Assembly: GCA_963793265.1 (NCBI GenBank)
Contig: CAWBZI010000001.1
Location: 672,001 to 736,000, forward strand
Source: an uncultured cyanobacterium
GTDB taxonomy: Bacteria > Cyanobacteriota > Cyanobacteriia > Phormidesmidales > Phormidesmidaceae
Direction of reading: 5' to 3'
Length of the DNA stretch: 64,000 nucleotides
The first letter of the stretch is position 1. Each line of letters begins with the position of its first letter. The notes under the pieces are model-generated. The model was not told the origin of the DNA, did no database searches, and saw nothing but the letters and a program-made list of their open reading frames with translations. A program made the translations under genes and the position numbers. This document shows, in pieces, positions 40,108 to 48,708 of this stretch.

Positions 40108-41199
40108 ATGACCGTATTGGCCGTAATTGGGGTTTTAGCCCTTCTGATTTTTGTTCACGAACTCGGCCACTTCATGGCGGCTCGGTTGCAAGGCATTCAC
40201 GTCAATCGATTCTCCATCGGCTTTGGCCCGATTCTGTGGAAATTCCAGGGGCCTGATACCGAATACGCCCTACGAGCCGTTCCCTTAGGAGGCTTCGTAG
40301 GCTTCCCTGACGACGACCCCGAAAGCGACATCCCCGCAGACGATCCAAACCTTTTGCGCAACCGCCCAGTACTTGATAGAGCCATTGTGATCAGCGCAGG
40401 CGTAATCGCCAACATGATCTTTGCCTATCTCGTATTTGTCGTTCAGTTCGGCAGCATTGGCGTACCCGACACCTTTAACCTCAAGCCGGGTGTCTTCATT
40501 CCAGAAGTCATGCCCGACACACCTGCATCCGTTGCTGGCCTTAAGGCAGGAGACGTCATTGTCGCAGCAAACGACGAGCGCTTAGGCGACGGTGAGACGG
40601 TACAGCAAGAGCTAATCAGAATTATTCAGGCTAGCCCTAACGAGCCTGTAGACCTGACGCTTCAGCGGTTTGACAAAGAGATAGACATTACCGTAACCCC
40701 GAAGATCAGCCCTAAAAGTGGCGATGCGGTCATTGGTGTTGCCCTGCTGCCTAACGGCACCCTTTCGTACCGCCCGGCAAACAGCCCTGTAGAAGTGCTC
40801 ACCGAAGCAGCCCGCGAATTTCAGGAAAAGACCAAGCTCGTCGCTGGCGGCATGGTGTCTTTGTTCACAAACTTCTCCTCGATGGCTGGGCAGGTGGGCA
40901 GCCCCGTCAAGATCGTTGAGCAAGGCGCTGGACTGGCGAAAACTGACGGCAGAAGCCTATTTCCTTTCGCCGCTATCATCAGCATCAACCTGGCAATTAT
41001 CAACATTTTGCCGCTACCTGCTCTAGACGGTGGTCAGCTTGCCTTCTTGGTTATTGAGGCGCTGCGTGGTAAGCCTTTACCTATGCGTTTTCAAGAAAGC
41101 GTCATGCAAACCGGCATCTTTCTACTGCTGGGCTTAGGCATCTTTTTGATTATTCGCGATACCACCCAGCTTGAAGTTCTGCAAAATCTGCGTCAGTGA
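40108..41199 (+). CDS. rseP: RIP metalloprotease RseP
   Basis: 'HELGHF', PDZ domain, 'NILPLPALDGG'. Confidence 0.95.
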   Translation: MTVLAVIGVLALLIFVHELGHFMAARLQGIHVNRFSIGFGPILWKFQGPDTEYALRAVPLGGFVGFPDDDPESDIPADDPNLLRNRPVLDRAIVISAGVIANMIFAYLVFVVQFGSIGVPDTFNLKPGVFIPEVMPDTPASVAGLKAGDVIVAANDERLGDGETVQQELIRIIQASPNEPVDLTLQRFDKEIDITVTPKISPKSGDAVIGVALLPNGTLSYRPANSPVEVLTEAAREFQEKTKLVAGGMVSLFTNFSSMAGQVGSPVKIVEQGAGLAKTDGRSLFPFAAIISINLAIINILPLPALDGGQLAFLVIEALRGKPLPMRFQESVMQTGIFLLLGLGIFLIIRDTTQLEVLQNLRQ

Positions 41200-42053
41200 A
41201 TACGGCTACCTCTTCTACAAGTTCAGAGACGATAAGCCCAGAAACACGTCCAGAAGCGCCATCCTGCCAACCACCCAGTAAGGAGAATGGTTACGAAGCC
41301 ATTCCCTTACCGTTGACTGGTATGTTGGCACCGCCATTGAGGCCATTTCAGAAGCTTACTAAGAAGCTGCGAGCTTTAGAACTACTCTCGCGGCTGAAGG
41401 CAATTTATCCTGAAGCGCCCTGCTCGCTAGACTACGAAACGCCTGTGCAGCTTATGGTAGCAACGATGCTCGCAGCGCAGTGTACAGACGCGCGAGTAAA
41501 TAAGGTGACCCCAGCGCTATTTGAGCGTTTTCCTGATGCAGCGGCACTTGCGGGTGCAGACATCGCAGAGCTGGAAGAATTGGTGCGCTCTACAGGCTTT
41601 TACCGGAACAAAGCAAAGAATATTCAGGCGGCTTGTCACAAAATAGTGGCTGAGTTTGGCGGCGAGGTGCCAAGCACTATGGAAGACTTAACAAGTTTGC
41701 CGGGGGTTGCGCGGAAGACGGCCAATGTTGTGCTTGCCCACGCTTTTGATATTCATGAAGGGGTGACGGTAGACACGCACGTAAAGCGAATTTCGGGTTT
41801 ATTCGGCCTGACGAAGCATGTGGAGCCCGTCAAAATTGAGCAGGATTTGATGAAGCTGCTGCCGCGGGAGGATTGGGAGAACTGGTCAATTCGGCTGGTG
41901 TATCACGGACGGGCGGTTTGTTCGGCGCGATCGCCCCAGTGTAGACGTTGCGACCTGCTAGACGTGTGTCCGGGGGCAGCGAAGATTCGGAAGGCGGCGG
42001 CTAAGGCAGCAAAAGCTAAGGATGCAAAGGCAAAAAAGAAGAGAAAGAAATAG
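41196..42053 (+). CDS. nth: Endonuclease III with a basic C-terminal tail (start uncertain)
   Basis: 'AQCTD', HhH 'LPGVARKTANVV', 'VDTHV', Fe-S motif C-x6-C-x2-C-x5-C. Confidence 0.95.
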   Translation: MNTATSSTSSETISPETRPEAPSCQPPSKENGYEAIPLPLTGMLAPPLRPFQKLTKKLRALELLSRLKAIYPEAPCSLDYETPVQLMVATMLAAQCTDARVNKVTPALFERFPDAAALAGADIAELEELVRSTGFYRNKAKNIQAACHKIVAEFGGEVPSTMEDLTSLPGVARKTANVVLAHAFDIHEGVTVDTHVKRISGLFGLTKHVEPVKIEQDLMKLLPREDWENWSIRLVYHGRAVCSARSPQCRRCDLLDVCPGAAKIRKAAAKAAKAKDAKAKKKRKK

Positions 42054-42189
42054 CGATCGCCACATTACGAACAAAAGCTTAAGCGTCACCGCAGAAGCAT
42101 CGTAGGTTCGGTTCCATGGGTTTGCAAAACCTATCGTGACAGATTAGTATGGAATACTGTGTCATAGAAATAAATCTGAAACTTGCCTC

Positions 42190-42492
42190 ATGGCTAAAAA
42201 AAGTATGGTTGCGCGCGAGAAGAAGCGCCAGAAGTTAGTTGCAAAGTACGCTGATAAGCGTGAGGCTTTGCTTAAAGAATTTGATGAAGCGCCCAATCAG
42301 CTTCAAAAGCTAGAAGTTCACCGCAAAATTCAGCAGTTGCCGCGTAACAGTGCGCCGACTCGCTTGAACAATCGCTGCTGGAAGACAGGTCGGCCTCGGG
42401 GCTACTATCGTGACTTTGGGCTTTGCCGCAATGCCCTGCGCGAAATGGCTCACCAAGGGCTACTGCCTGGTGTTGTGAAGTCTAGCTGGTAG
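42190..42492 (+). CDS. rpsN: 30S ribosomal protein S14
   Basis: [13 protein letters not shown]...TGRPRG...LPGVVKSSW. Confidence 0.98.
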   Translation: MAKKSMVAREKKRQKLVAKYADKREALLKEFDEAPNQLQKLEVHRKIQQLPRNSAPTRLNNRCWKTGRPRGYYRDFGLCRNALREMAHQGLLPGVVKSSW

Positions 42493-42560
42493 CGTTTGGT
42501 TGCTGTCGTCTGGTTATTAGAGTTGAAAGCAGTTTTGGCTCTGAACCAGCTTAAGAGCTT

Positions 42561-42595
42561 AAAAGGCATTCCGTTCTGACGAATGGGGTGCCTTT
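42561..42595. terminator. Terminator after rpsN
   Basis: AAAAGGCATTCCGTTC...GAATGGGGTGCCTTT (with G-U pairs). Confidence 0.65.
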
Positions 42596-42609
42596 CGTGT
42601 TGAGAATTA

Positions 42610-42996
42610 TTAGTTGTTACCGCAGCAGCGTTCAATGCCAAGACTATCTAGTAGCAAGTCGCCCACGGCATTAGCGACGGCAAACTCGCTGTAAAAGCTT
42701 TTGGAGAAGTCGTAGCCTTGCATTTCAGTAAGAATTGCTAACACTAAGGCATTCAAATTATTTTCACCTTCCATCCGCTGTCGTACGAATACCTGAGAAG
42801 CCCTAGCGGCGATGTGTTCGTTGATGACTTCTGGTAAAAATTCTTCGTCTAGCCACCTGTGCAACTTGGCCTTGAGCCACTGACCTTCTTTCACCGCATC
42901 TTCAGGAGGCGGCAGTTCGATAGAGTCTATCGGCTCAGGGCGAGTAGCGGCTGCATCGGCGTTAATGTCAGCGTTGGCGTCTGGAGAGTCGGACAT
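42610..42996 (-). CDS. Conserved hypothetical protein (cyanobacteria/plastid)
   Basis: 'WLDEEFLPE', 'RQRMEGE', 'EFAVANAV'. Confidence 0.7.
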   Translation of the reverse strand: MSDSPDANADINADAAATRPEPIDSIELPPPEDAVKEGQWLKAKLHRWLDEEFLPEVINEHIAARASQVFVRQRMEGENNLNALVLAILTEMQGYDFSKSFYSEFAVANAVGDLLLDSLGIERCCGNN

Positions 42997-43116
42997 ATTG
43001 AGGGTTTAGCAGCGTAAAGTTGCAGCGATACCGTTGATACAAGGCTAAGGGGTTATGCAGGGTTAGGACGCGAAAGCGCCTATTAATTCACGTACTGTAA
43101 CGATTAATATGGAACG

Positions 43117-43692
43117 ATGGTTTACTCTGTTCCCCATATTCTTCAGTGCTACGCTCAGGGCTACTTTTTGATGGCCGAAGACAGCGGTCAGCTTAACTGG
43201 TATTCCAGCCAGAAGAGGGCGTTGATTCCTCTAGATGATCGGTTTCACTATCCTAAGTCACTCAAAAGGCAGCTCAACCAAAAACGATTCACGCCTGCTA
43301 TTAACAAAGACTTTGCAGCCGTGGTAGAAGGGTGCGCAGATCGTGAAACCACTTGGATTTCTGACAATCTTAAAGAAGTTTACTTTCGCTTGCACCGGGC
43401 GGGATACGCACACAGCTTTGAAACCTGGGAAGGCGATGAGCTAGCAGGTGGCTTTCTGGGGATTGCACTGGGCGGGGCCTTTATTGGCGAATCGATGTTT
43501 TATCGAATTCCTGAAGGGTCTAAGGCGGCGATGGTGCTGTTAGTAGAGCATTTGCGATCGCGCAATTTCCTCCTATTCGACGCCCAAATCATCAACCCCC
43601 ACCTGGCCCGCTTCGGCGCATACGAAGTAGAACACGACATCTACGAGGCCACACTGCAGGCGGCTGTACAGCGGCACTGCAAGTTCGTATAG
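43117..43692 (+). CDS. aat: Leucyl/phenylalanyl-tRNA--protein transferase
   Basis: 'YAQGYFLM', 'TWIS', 'AHSFETW', 'FIGESMF', 'HLARFGA'. Confidence 0.93.
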   Translation: MVYSVPHILQCYAQGYFLMAEDSGQLNWYSSQKRALIPLDDRFHYPKSLKRQLNQKRFTPAINKDFAAVVEGCADRETTWISDNLKEVYFRLHRAGYAHSFETWEGDELAGGFLGIALGGAFIGESMFYRIPEGSKAAMVLLVEHLRSRNFLLFDAQIINPHLARFGAYEVEHDIYEATLQAAVQRHCKFV

Positions 43693-43716
43693 CAAGCGGG
43701 TTTAGCAAGGAATTGC

Positions 43717-44571
43717 CTAAGCATCCATCCGCGTCAGCAGCACCGGACAGTTGGCATACACTCGCACGTAATCTGAGAGCGCTTCGCCCAGCAATAAATC
43801 CAGATCGGGCATTTTTTTGGCAATCGTAGGCCGTCGATCGGGCGAGCCTAAAATGAGCAAATCGACGTTGAGCTGATCGGCCAGTTCGCAAATGCGTTGA
43901 CCCGGCTTGCCTTCGGGGGCCATACAGCGATACTTAATGCCCATGCGGCGGACTTTAGAAATGGCCTCGGCTAGGACAGGATCGTTTTCGGGGCGATCGC
44001 GAATAGCCTCCTCCAGCTTGGCATTCAGCTTAGAAACCGAATGCACCAGGATAATCTCACTCCCTTCAATATCTCGCGCAAAATCAATCGCCACCTCAAG
44101 GCTTTTCTGCGCCGAATCAGACTTATCGACTGCCACTAGAATGCGCCGTACCGATCGAATGGCATAAAGGTCGTCTTTGACCAGCAGCATCGGCCGTGAC
44201 GAGAGCTGAAAGACGTACTGGCTCACCGAGTTGCTCAGAATAGCCCGGAGCCCTTTAAGCCCTCTAGAGCCCATTACCACCAGGTCTGCATCGACTTCAT
44301 CAGCGACCTTGCCGACCAGATCCTTGGGCTCACCCTCGCGCAGCACCGCGTTCACCTGCGCCGGATCTAAATCCAGCTCGCTGACGGCCTCTGCTAACGT
44401 TCTACCACCCTTTTCCCAAGATTCAGCCATCGCTTGAGCGGTAGATTGAGGAGGAACCGCGTGGAGAACGGTGATGCGAGCGCGATCAATTCGCGGAATC
44501 TGCATCAGCTTTTTCATCATCTCTCGGGTATTGCCAATGCCCGAATCAGCCAACAGAATATTCTTAATCAT
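43717..44571 (-). CDS. Universal stress protein (tandem USP domains)
   Basis: Two USP repeats with 'DLVVMGSRG' and 'DLLILGS', ending 'CPVLL'. Confidence 0.9.
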   Translation of the reverse strand: MIKNILLADSGIGNTREMMKKLMQIPRIDRARITVLHAVPPQSTAQAMAESWEKGGRTLAEAVSELDLDPAQVNAVLREGEPKDLVGKVADEVDADLVVMGSRGLKGLRAILSNSVSQYVFQLSSRPMLLVKDDLYAIRSVRRILVAVDKSDSAQKSLEVAIDFARDIEGSEIILVHSVSKLNAKLEEAIRDRPENDPVLAEAISKVRRMGIKYRCMAPEGKPGQRICELADQLNVDLLILGSPDRRPTIAKKMPDLDLLLGEALSDYVRVYANCPVLLTRMDA

Positions 44572-44770
44572 TAGACGGTATATCGAGTATCCCTAATGCT
44601 TTATCAGTGCTTTACCAGTGCCTTAAAGGTTGCGATCGCTTTACAAACAGCAAGTGGTTCACAACAGTGTGTCATATCAATTTAGAAACAAACCCACATA
44701 AACCGACTCAACTACGCTCAAAACTTAAAACCGTTAAGCAAAAAAAATACGTCTCCATTAACGAATCTCT

Positions 44771-45226
44771 ATGGTTAACGCGACCCCTTCGCCCTCAGCC
44801 TGGTTTAAATACCCCGTCCGAGTTCAGCCTCATCACACTGACTACGGCGGCGTTGTTTGGCACGGCACCTATATTACCTGGATGGAATCGGCCCGCATAG
44901 AATGCCTGCGCGCAGCAGGCGCACCGTTTGAGCACTTAGTTGAGTTGGGCTACGACCTGCCCGTTGTAGACTTAGAAGTGCGCTACCGGCGACCGCTAAT
45001 GCTAGGCGATGAGGCCATTGTCAAAACGCGACTAGCGCCAGTAAAAGGCGTTCGGATTCAGTGGCTCTATGAAATTGAAACCGATGAGGTGCAGCCACAG
45101 CTATGTTTGAGTGGACAAATCACGCTGGTTACGGTAGATGTGGCGAGTCGTAAGGTCATGCGGCGACTGCCTGAGGCGATCGCCCAAATTATCCATAAAG
45201 CCCAACAAAAATTGCCAATTTCGTAA
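44771..45226 (+). CDS. Acyl-CoA thioesterase (YbgC/4HBT family)
   Basis: 'VRVQPHHTDYGGVVWHGTY..WME.AR'. Confidence 0.88.
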   Translation: MVNATPSPSAWFKYPVRVQPHHTDYGGVVWHGTYITWMESARIECLRAAGAPFEHLVELGYDLPVVDLEVRYRRPLMLGDEAIVKTRLAPVKGVRIQWLYEIETDEVQPQLCLSGQITLVTVDVASRKVMRRLPEAIAQIIHKAQQKLPIS

Positions 45227-45254
45227 GTTCACAAATATTAGTATGACGGCTAAC

Positions 45255-45339
45255 TTATCCACAGGTTTTCCACAGACCGCTGCCGAGTTTTCCACAGGCT
45301 TTGACGTAGCTACGCGATTTTACTGGTTTTTGTGGAATA
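45255..45339. promoter_or_regulatory. Cluster of DnaA-box-like 9-mers
   Basis: TTATCCACA 45255-45263, TTTTCCACA 45266-45274, TTTTCCACA 45288-45296, inverted TGTGGAATA 45331-45339. Confidence 0.65.
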
Positions 45340-45638
45340 TCAGGCAGAGCTGATAGCAGCTATTTATAAGAAAAAAATGTGAACTTATGAAACAGAAACA
45401 GGGCTGAAAGGGCCTTTTTTGCCAAACCTAAACTTTTGCTGAAGTACCCTGCCGACATTAAGAGCATTGCTATTTCTATACGCATGTCTCACAATGATGA
45501 GCACCTCAAGCAAGCGAGTCTGACCTGGAGGCTTAGCGCTTTATGTAAGCGTCATTGTGGCGCTATATAAGGTCTAGTTAGTCCAGAGAAATCGCGACTG
45601 TTTGTGATGTCAAAAAATAATTCAAAGGAGCCTCTGCG

Positions 45639-45869
45639 ATGCAGCAGTCTGTAAGTTTATCAGTCGAAATTCCTGAAGATCTGCACGTTTCTGTACGGCA
45701 CTATCTAGACGTACACTCCAGCTGGAGCCAGGATCGTTTGTTTTGCGCCGCAATCTCACTGTTTCTGATGCAAAACGGCGTTACAGACCGCCAGGTTAGC
45801 CGTGTTTACTTAGATAGCCTGTTTGGTCAATCGCCTGAAAGCAACAAAGAAGTTATGCAATCTAACTAA
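45639..45869 (+). CDS. DUF2811 family small protein (RHH-like)
   Basis: 'EIPEDLH...YLD.H..WSQDRLF.AAISLFLMQNG..DRQVSRVYLDSLF'; RBS AAAGGAG upstream. Confidence 0.85.
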   Translation: MQQSVSLSVEIPEDLHVSVRHYLDVHSSWSQDRLFCAAISLFLMQNGVTDRQVSRVYLDSLFGQSPESNKEVMQSN

Positions 45870-46068
45870 TTTTTACGCTTAAATATCAGCCCAATAGAGG
45901 TGTTTTCTACAAACTTTTGCGCAGATAGCTAACTGAATGGCTAACTAAAAAACGTACAGCTATTAACTCTCTTCGTATAGCTAATTCGCACTGAGCTAGT
46001 GAAGCAGATAAACCTATAAGAACCCGCTTTTTTCCATCTCATCACAACTCATAGTTTGCACGCATGAC

Positions 46069-46107
46069 AAAGCCGCTGATGACATCTCAAAAAGTCATCA
46101 GCGGCTT
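46069..46107. terminator. Terminator downstream of tatC
   Basis: AAGCCGCTGATGAC...GTCATCAGCGGCTT perfect stem. Confidence 0.75.
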
Positions 46108-46127
46108 CGCTGTTATTTCATTAGAAG

Positions 46128-46928
46128 CTATCGACCAATCGCCTTTACAAGGCCAATGCCACCAAAGTACAAAAACAATACCGCCCCACCTAGCAGGCTT
46201 TGCGTGATTGGGTCAGTAGAAGGCGTTAGCACCGCGCCTAAAATAGCGGCCCCGAGCAATACGTAGCGCCAGCCGGAGAGCATTTGCTGTGAGCCCACAA
46301 TGCCCAACAGTCCTAACAGGAGCTGAATCACCGGGATTTGAAAAGCAAGGCCCGTGCTAAACAGCAGCAGCAGCACAAACTCGAAGTAGCGGTCAATAGA
46401 CCACATTTGCTCGACGACATCTGCGCCGTAGTTAATAAAGAAGTTGAGCGCAGCAGGCACTAGCGCGATATAGGCAAAGGCTAGGCCCGCAAAAAAGAGA
46501 AAGCTAGAGCCAATGACTACAGGTGCAATCAGCCGCCTTTCACGGCGCGTAAGGCCGGGGAGAACGAACTGAATGACCTGATACAAGATGAATGGGCTGG
46601 CTATTAAAATGCCGCTGTAGCCCGCTACTTTGATTGAGACAAAGAAGTATTCGCCGGGCGAAAGCTGTAAGAATTTAGCACCCTGAGCCGGGACTTCGAG
46701 CAGTTCTACAATTTGACGAACGCTGGTAAAGCAGCCGACGACGCCCAGAACAACTGCAATCAGCGAATAAAGAATCCGCTGCCTCAGCTCATCAAGATGG
46801 TCAAACAGCGACATCTCAACGTCATCGGGCACTTCATTCAAAAAGGCATCGACAGACGTGTCCATAGGCTCCATTTCTGGTGCTGAGAGGTTGGCACTTG
46901 CCGTCTCAAGATCAACAGGAGGCGTCAT
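46128..46928 (-). CDS. tatC: Twin-arginine translocase subunit TatC
   Basis: '[13 protein letters not shown]', 'FVLPGLT..E', 'AFQIP', 'TPSTDP'. Confidence 0.96.
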   Translation of the reverse strand: MTPPVDLETASANLSAPEMEPMDTSVDAFLNEVPDDVEMSLFDHLDELRQRILYSLIAVVLGVVGCFTSVRQIVELLEVPAQGAKFLQLSPGEYFFVSIKVAGYSGILIASPFILYQVIQFVLPGLTRRERRLIAPVVIGSSFLFFAGLAFAYIALVPAALNFFINYGADVVEQMWSIDRYFEFVLLLLFSTGLAFQIPVIQLLLGLLGIVGSQQMLSGWRYVLLGAAILGAVLTPSTDPITQSLLGGAVLFLYFGGIGLVKAIGR

Positions 46929-47018
46929 AGGCAGGTCTTAGGAATAGAGGTGTCGCTGTTTATTGTATCGGTTGCGTTGAAGGGTTGCCCGTAAGTTACT
47001 AAGGGCGCTAGTGAAAAA

Positions 47019-48533
47019 TTACTGAGGAAAGACCTTTTCTTCGGGCTGGCCTCTTTCGCCCATCACCTCAGCAGCATCGCCATTGGCAGCAAGCTCTAGC
47101 GCGCCCGCATCACCGGAATAGATATTGAGGTTTTCTTCAGCTTCCCAAACCTCAGCATCGCCCGGCTGCAGCGTTCCTTCAAATATCGGATTACCGTCTG
47201 CAATTACGCTTACCCACGCTTCGGCAGTCGCTGTAGCCTCAACATAAACGGGCGCAGTGCTAGCAGGCGGCTGAGTAGCGACAGGCTCAGGTGTCTCAGT
47301 CTCAGGCATGGGTGGCAGTTCATTAGCGCCTTCGTCCACCTGCTCAGCTGAATCACCTGAGCTATCAACAACAACGGCTTCTCTATTGCCGCCAAAGATA
47401 GTTGCCAGAAGCAGCACACCGAGCGCAACTGCCGCTAAGACGCCACCAATAATAAACGGCTTTAGGTTAGGGCGATCGCCATATTCTACCCCTACCGGCT
47501 GCGGCTCACGAGCAGTCTGTGGGCTGAAAGGCTCAGACAGTTGAGTAGTCGATTGAGCCGTTGGCTGAGCGGCTGATTGAGTGGTAAAGGCGGCGGGCAA
47601 ATCATCATCAAACTGAGCAGGTTCTAGCGATGTTTGGCTATTGAGAGAATTTGGCGTTGAATCAGGCTGATCGAAACCGGGCTCGCTAAAGTTTGGTTCG
47701 CCAAGGGTAGGTTCATTGAGTTTGGAGTCAGCTAGGTTAGGCTCTTTGAAGGAGTTGTTATTGAGATTATCCCGATCAAAAGCAGCGACCTGGCTGGCAA
47801 AGTCCTCACTCAGCGCAGCATCACTAGACAGCGAAGAAGCGCCTAATTTATCGGTAGCAATGCCACTTTCTAAAGAGCTTTTGCTATCGATAAATTCGTT
47901 TTCAATAGGTGCTTCAGCAGGCGTCTCGGCAGGCGTCTCAGAAAAGGAGCTGTCAGGGAAAGCAGCATCAGCGAAGGCAGCATCGGCGTTTGGAATCTCC
48001 TCAGCATCTACGCGGGCTGACTCTACAGCGGCAAAATCTGGATTAGTCTCAAAAGCTGGGTTGCGTTCAGGCTTGCCTAGCGTGAGCAAATCATCTTGAG
48101 TATCAGGCGTTGATGAGACGGGCGTCGTTGGAATGCTACCCGCACTAAACATCGGAATGGAGTCGTCTGCGGCAGTATTTGATTGAGCACCGGCACCGTT
48201 AACGCGAGTGAATCGAGTCGTTGGGCTATCGGCTGGCTGCTCTACGCGAACAGGACGCGGCGTAGAAGGAATAGAGGTCACCATGAACTGTTGAGACAGC
48301 TCAACCCCGTTAAGGCCCAGCGCCTCGGCATAGCGGCGGATAAAGCCTTGCACAAAGATAGGTTCTGGCAGCGTATCGGGGTTGCCCGTCTCAATGCCAT
48401 TTAGTAGCTGAGGCCGAATATACGTGCGAATGGCGATATCTTCTAGAGACTTTGCCTGCTTCTCCCGATTGTCACGCAAGAAAGCGCCAATCTGCGCAAG
48501 TTGATTTTGCTGCGGGGCACTAAATTTAGTCAC
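47019..48533 (-). CDS. rodZ: RodZ-like cytoskeleton protein (HTH - long acidic linker - TM - DUF4115)
   Basis: N-terminal HTH 'LPEPIFVQGFIRRYAEALGL', a TM helix, and C-terminal 'WVSVIADG..FEGTL...GDAGAL'. Confidence 0.8.
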   Translation of the reverse strand: MTKFSAPQQNQLAQIGAFLRDNREKQAKSLEDIAIRTYIRPQLLNGIETGNPDTLPEPIFVQGFIRRYAEALGLNGVELSQQFMVTSIPSTPRPVRVEQPADSPTTRFTRVNGAGAQSNTAADDSIPMFSAGSIPTTPVSSTPDTQDDLLTLGKPERNPAFETNPDFAAVESARVDAEEIPNADAAFADAAFPDSSFSETPAETPAEAPIENEFIDSKSSLESGIATDKLGASSLSSDAALSEDFASQVAAFDRDNLNNNSFKEPNLADSKLNEPTLGEPNFSEPGFDQPDSTPNSLNSQTSLEPAQFDDDLPAAFTTQSAAQPTAQSTTQLSEPFSPQTAREPQPVGVEYGDRPNLKPFIIGGVLAAVALGVLLLATIFGGNREAVVVDSSGDSAEQVDEGANELPPMPETETPEPVATQPPASTAPVYVEATATAEAWVSVIADGNPIFEGTLQPGDAEVWEAEENLNIYSGDAGALELAANGDAAEVMGERGQPEEKVFPQ

Positions 48534-48708
48534 GATACTCCATGAAACCAACGACGACTGCTTTGCTCACACATCACAAAAATACTTTTACACACATCTA
48601 TGTATGTTCACTTAAAGATGCTCACCTAAAGTCATCCTACCAATAATCGTTGACTATCCTATCAATAGATTGTGCGATCGCAATTGCGTTTGGATGCAGG
48701 TCAGTGAT

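Noticed and set aside
45226..45638. Definitive oriC call
   Set aside because: Only 4-5 boxes, no dnaA/dnaN nearby, and skew cannot be assessed in one window; kept only as a DnaA-box cluster
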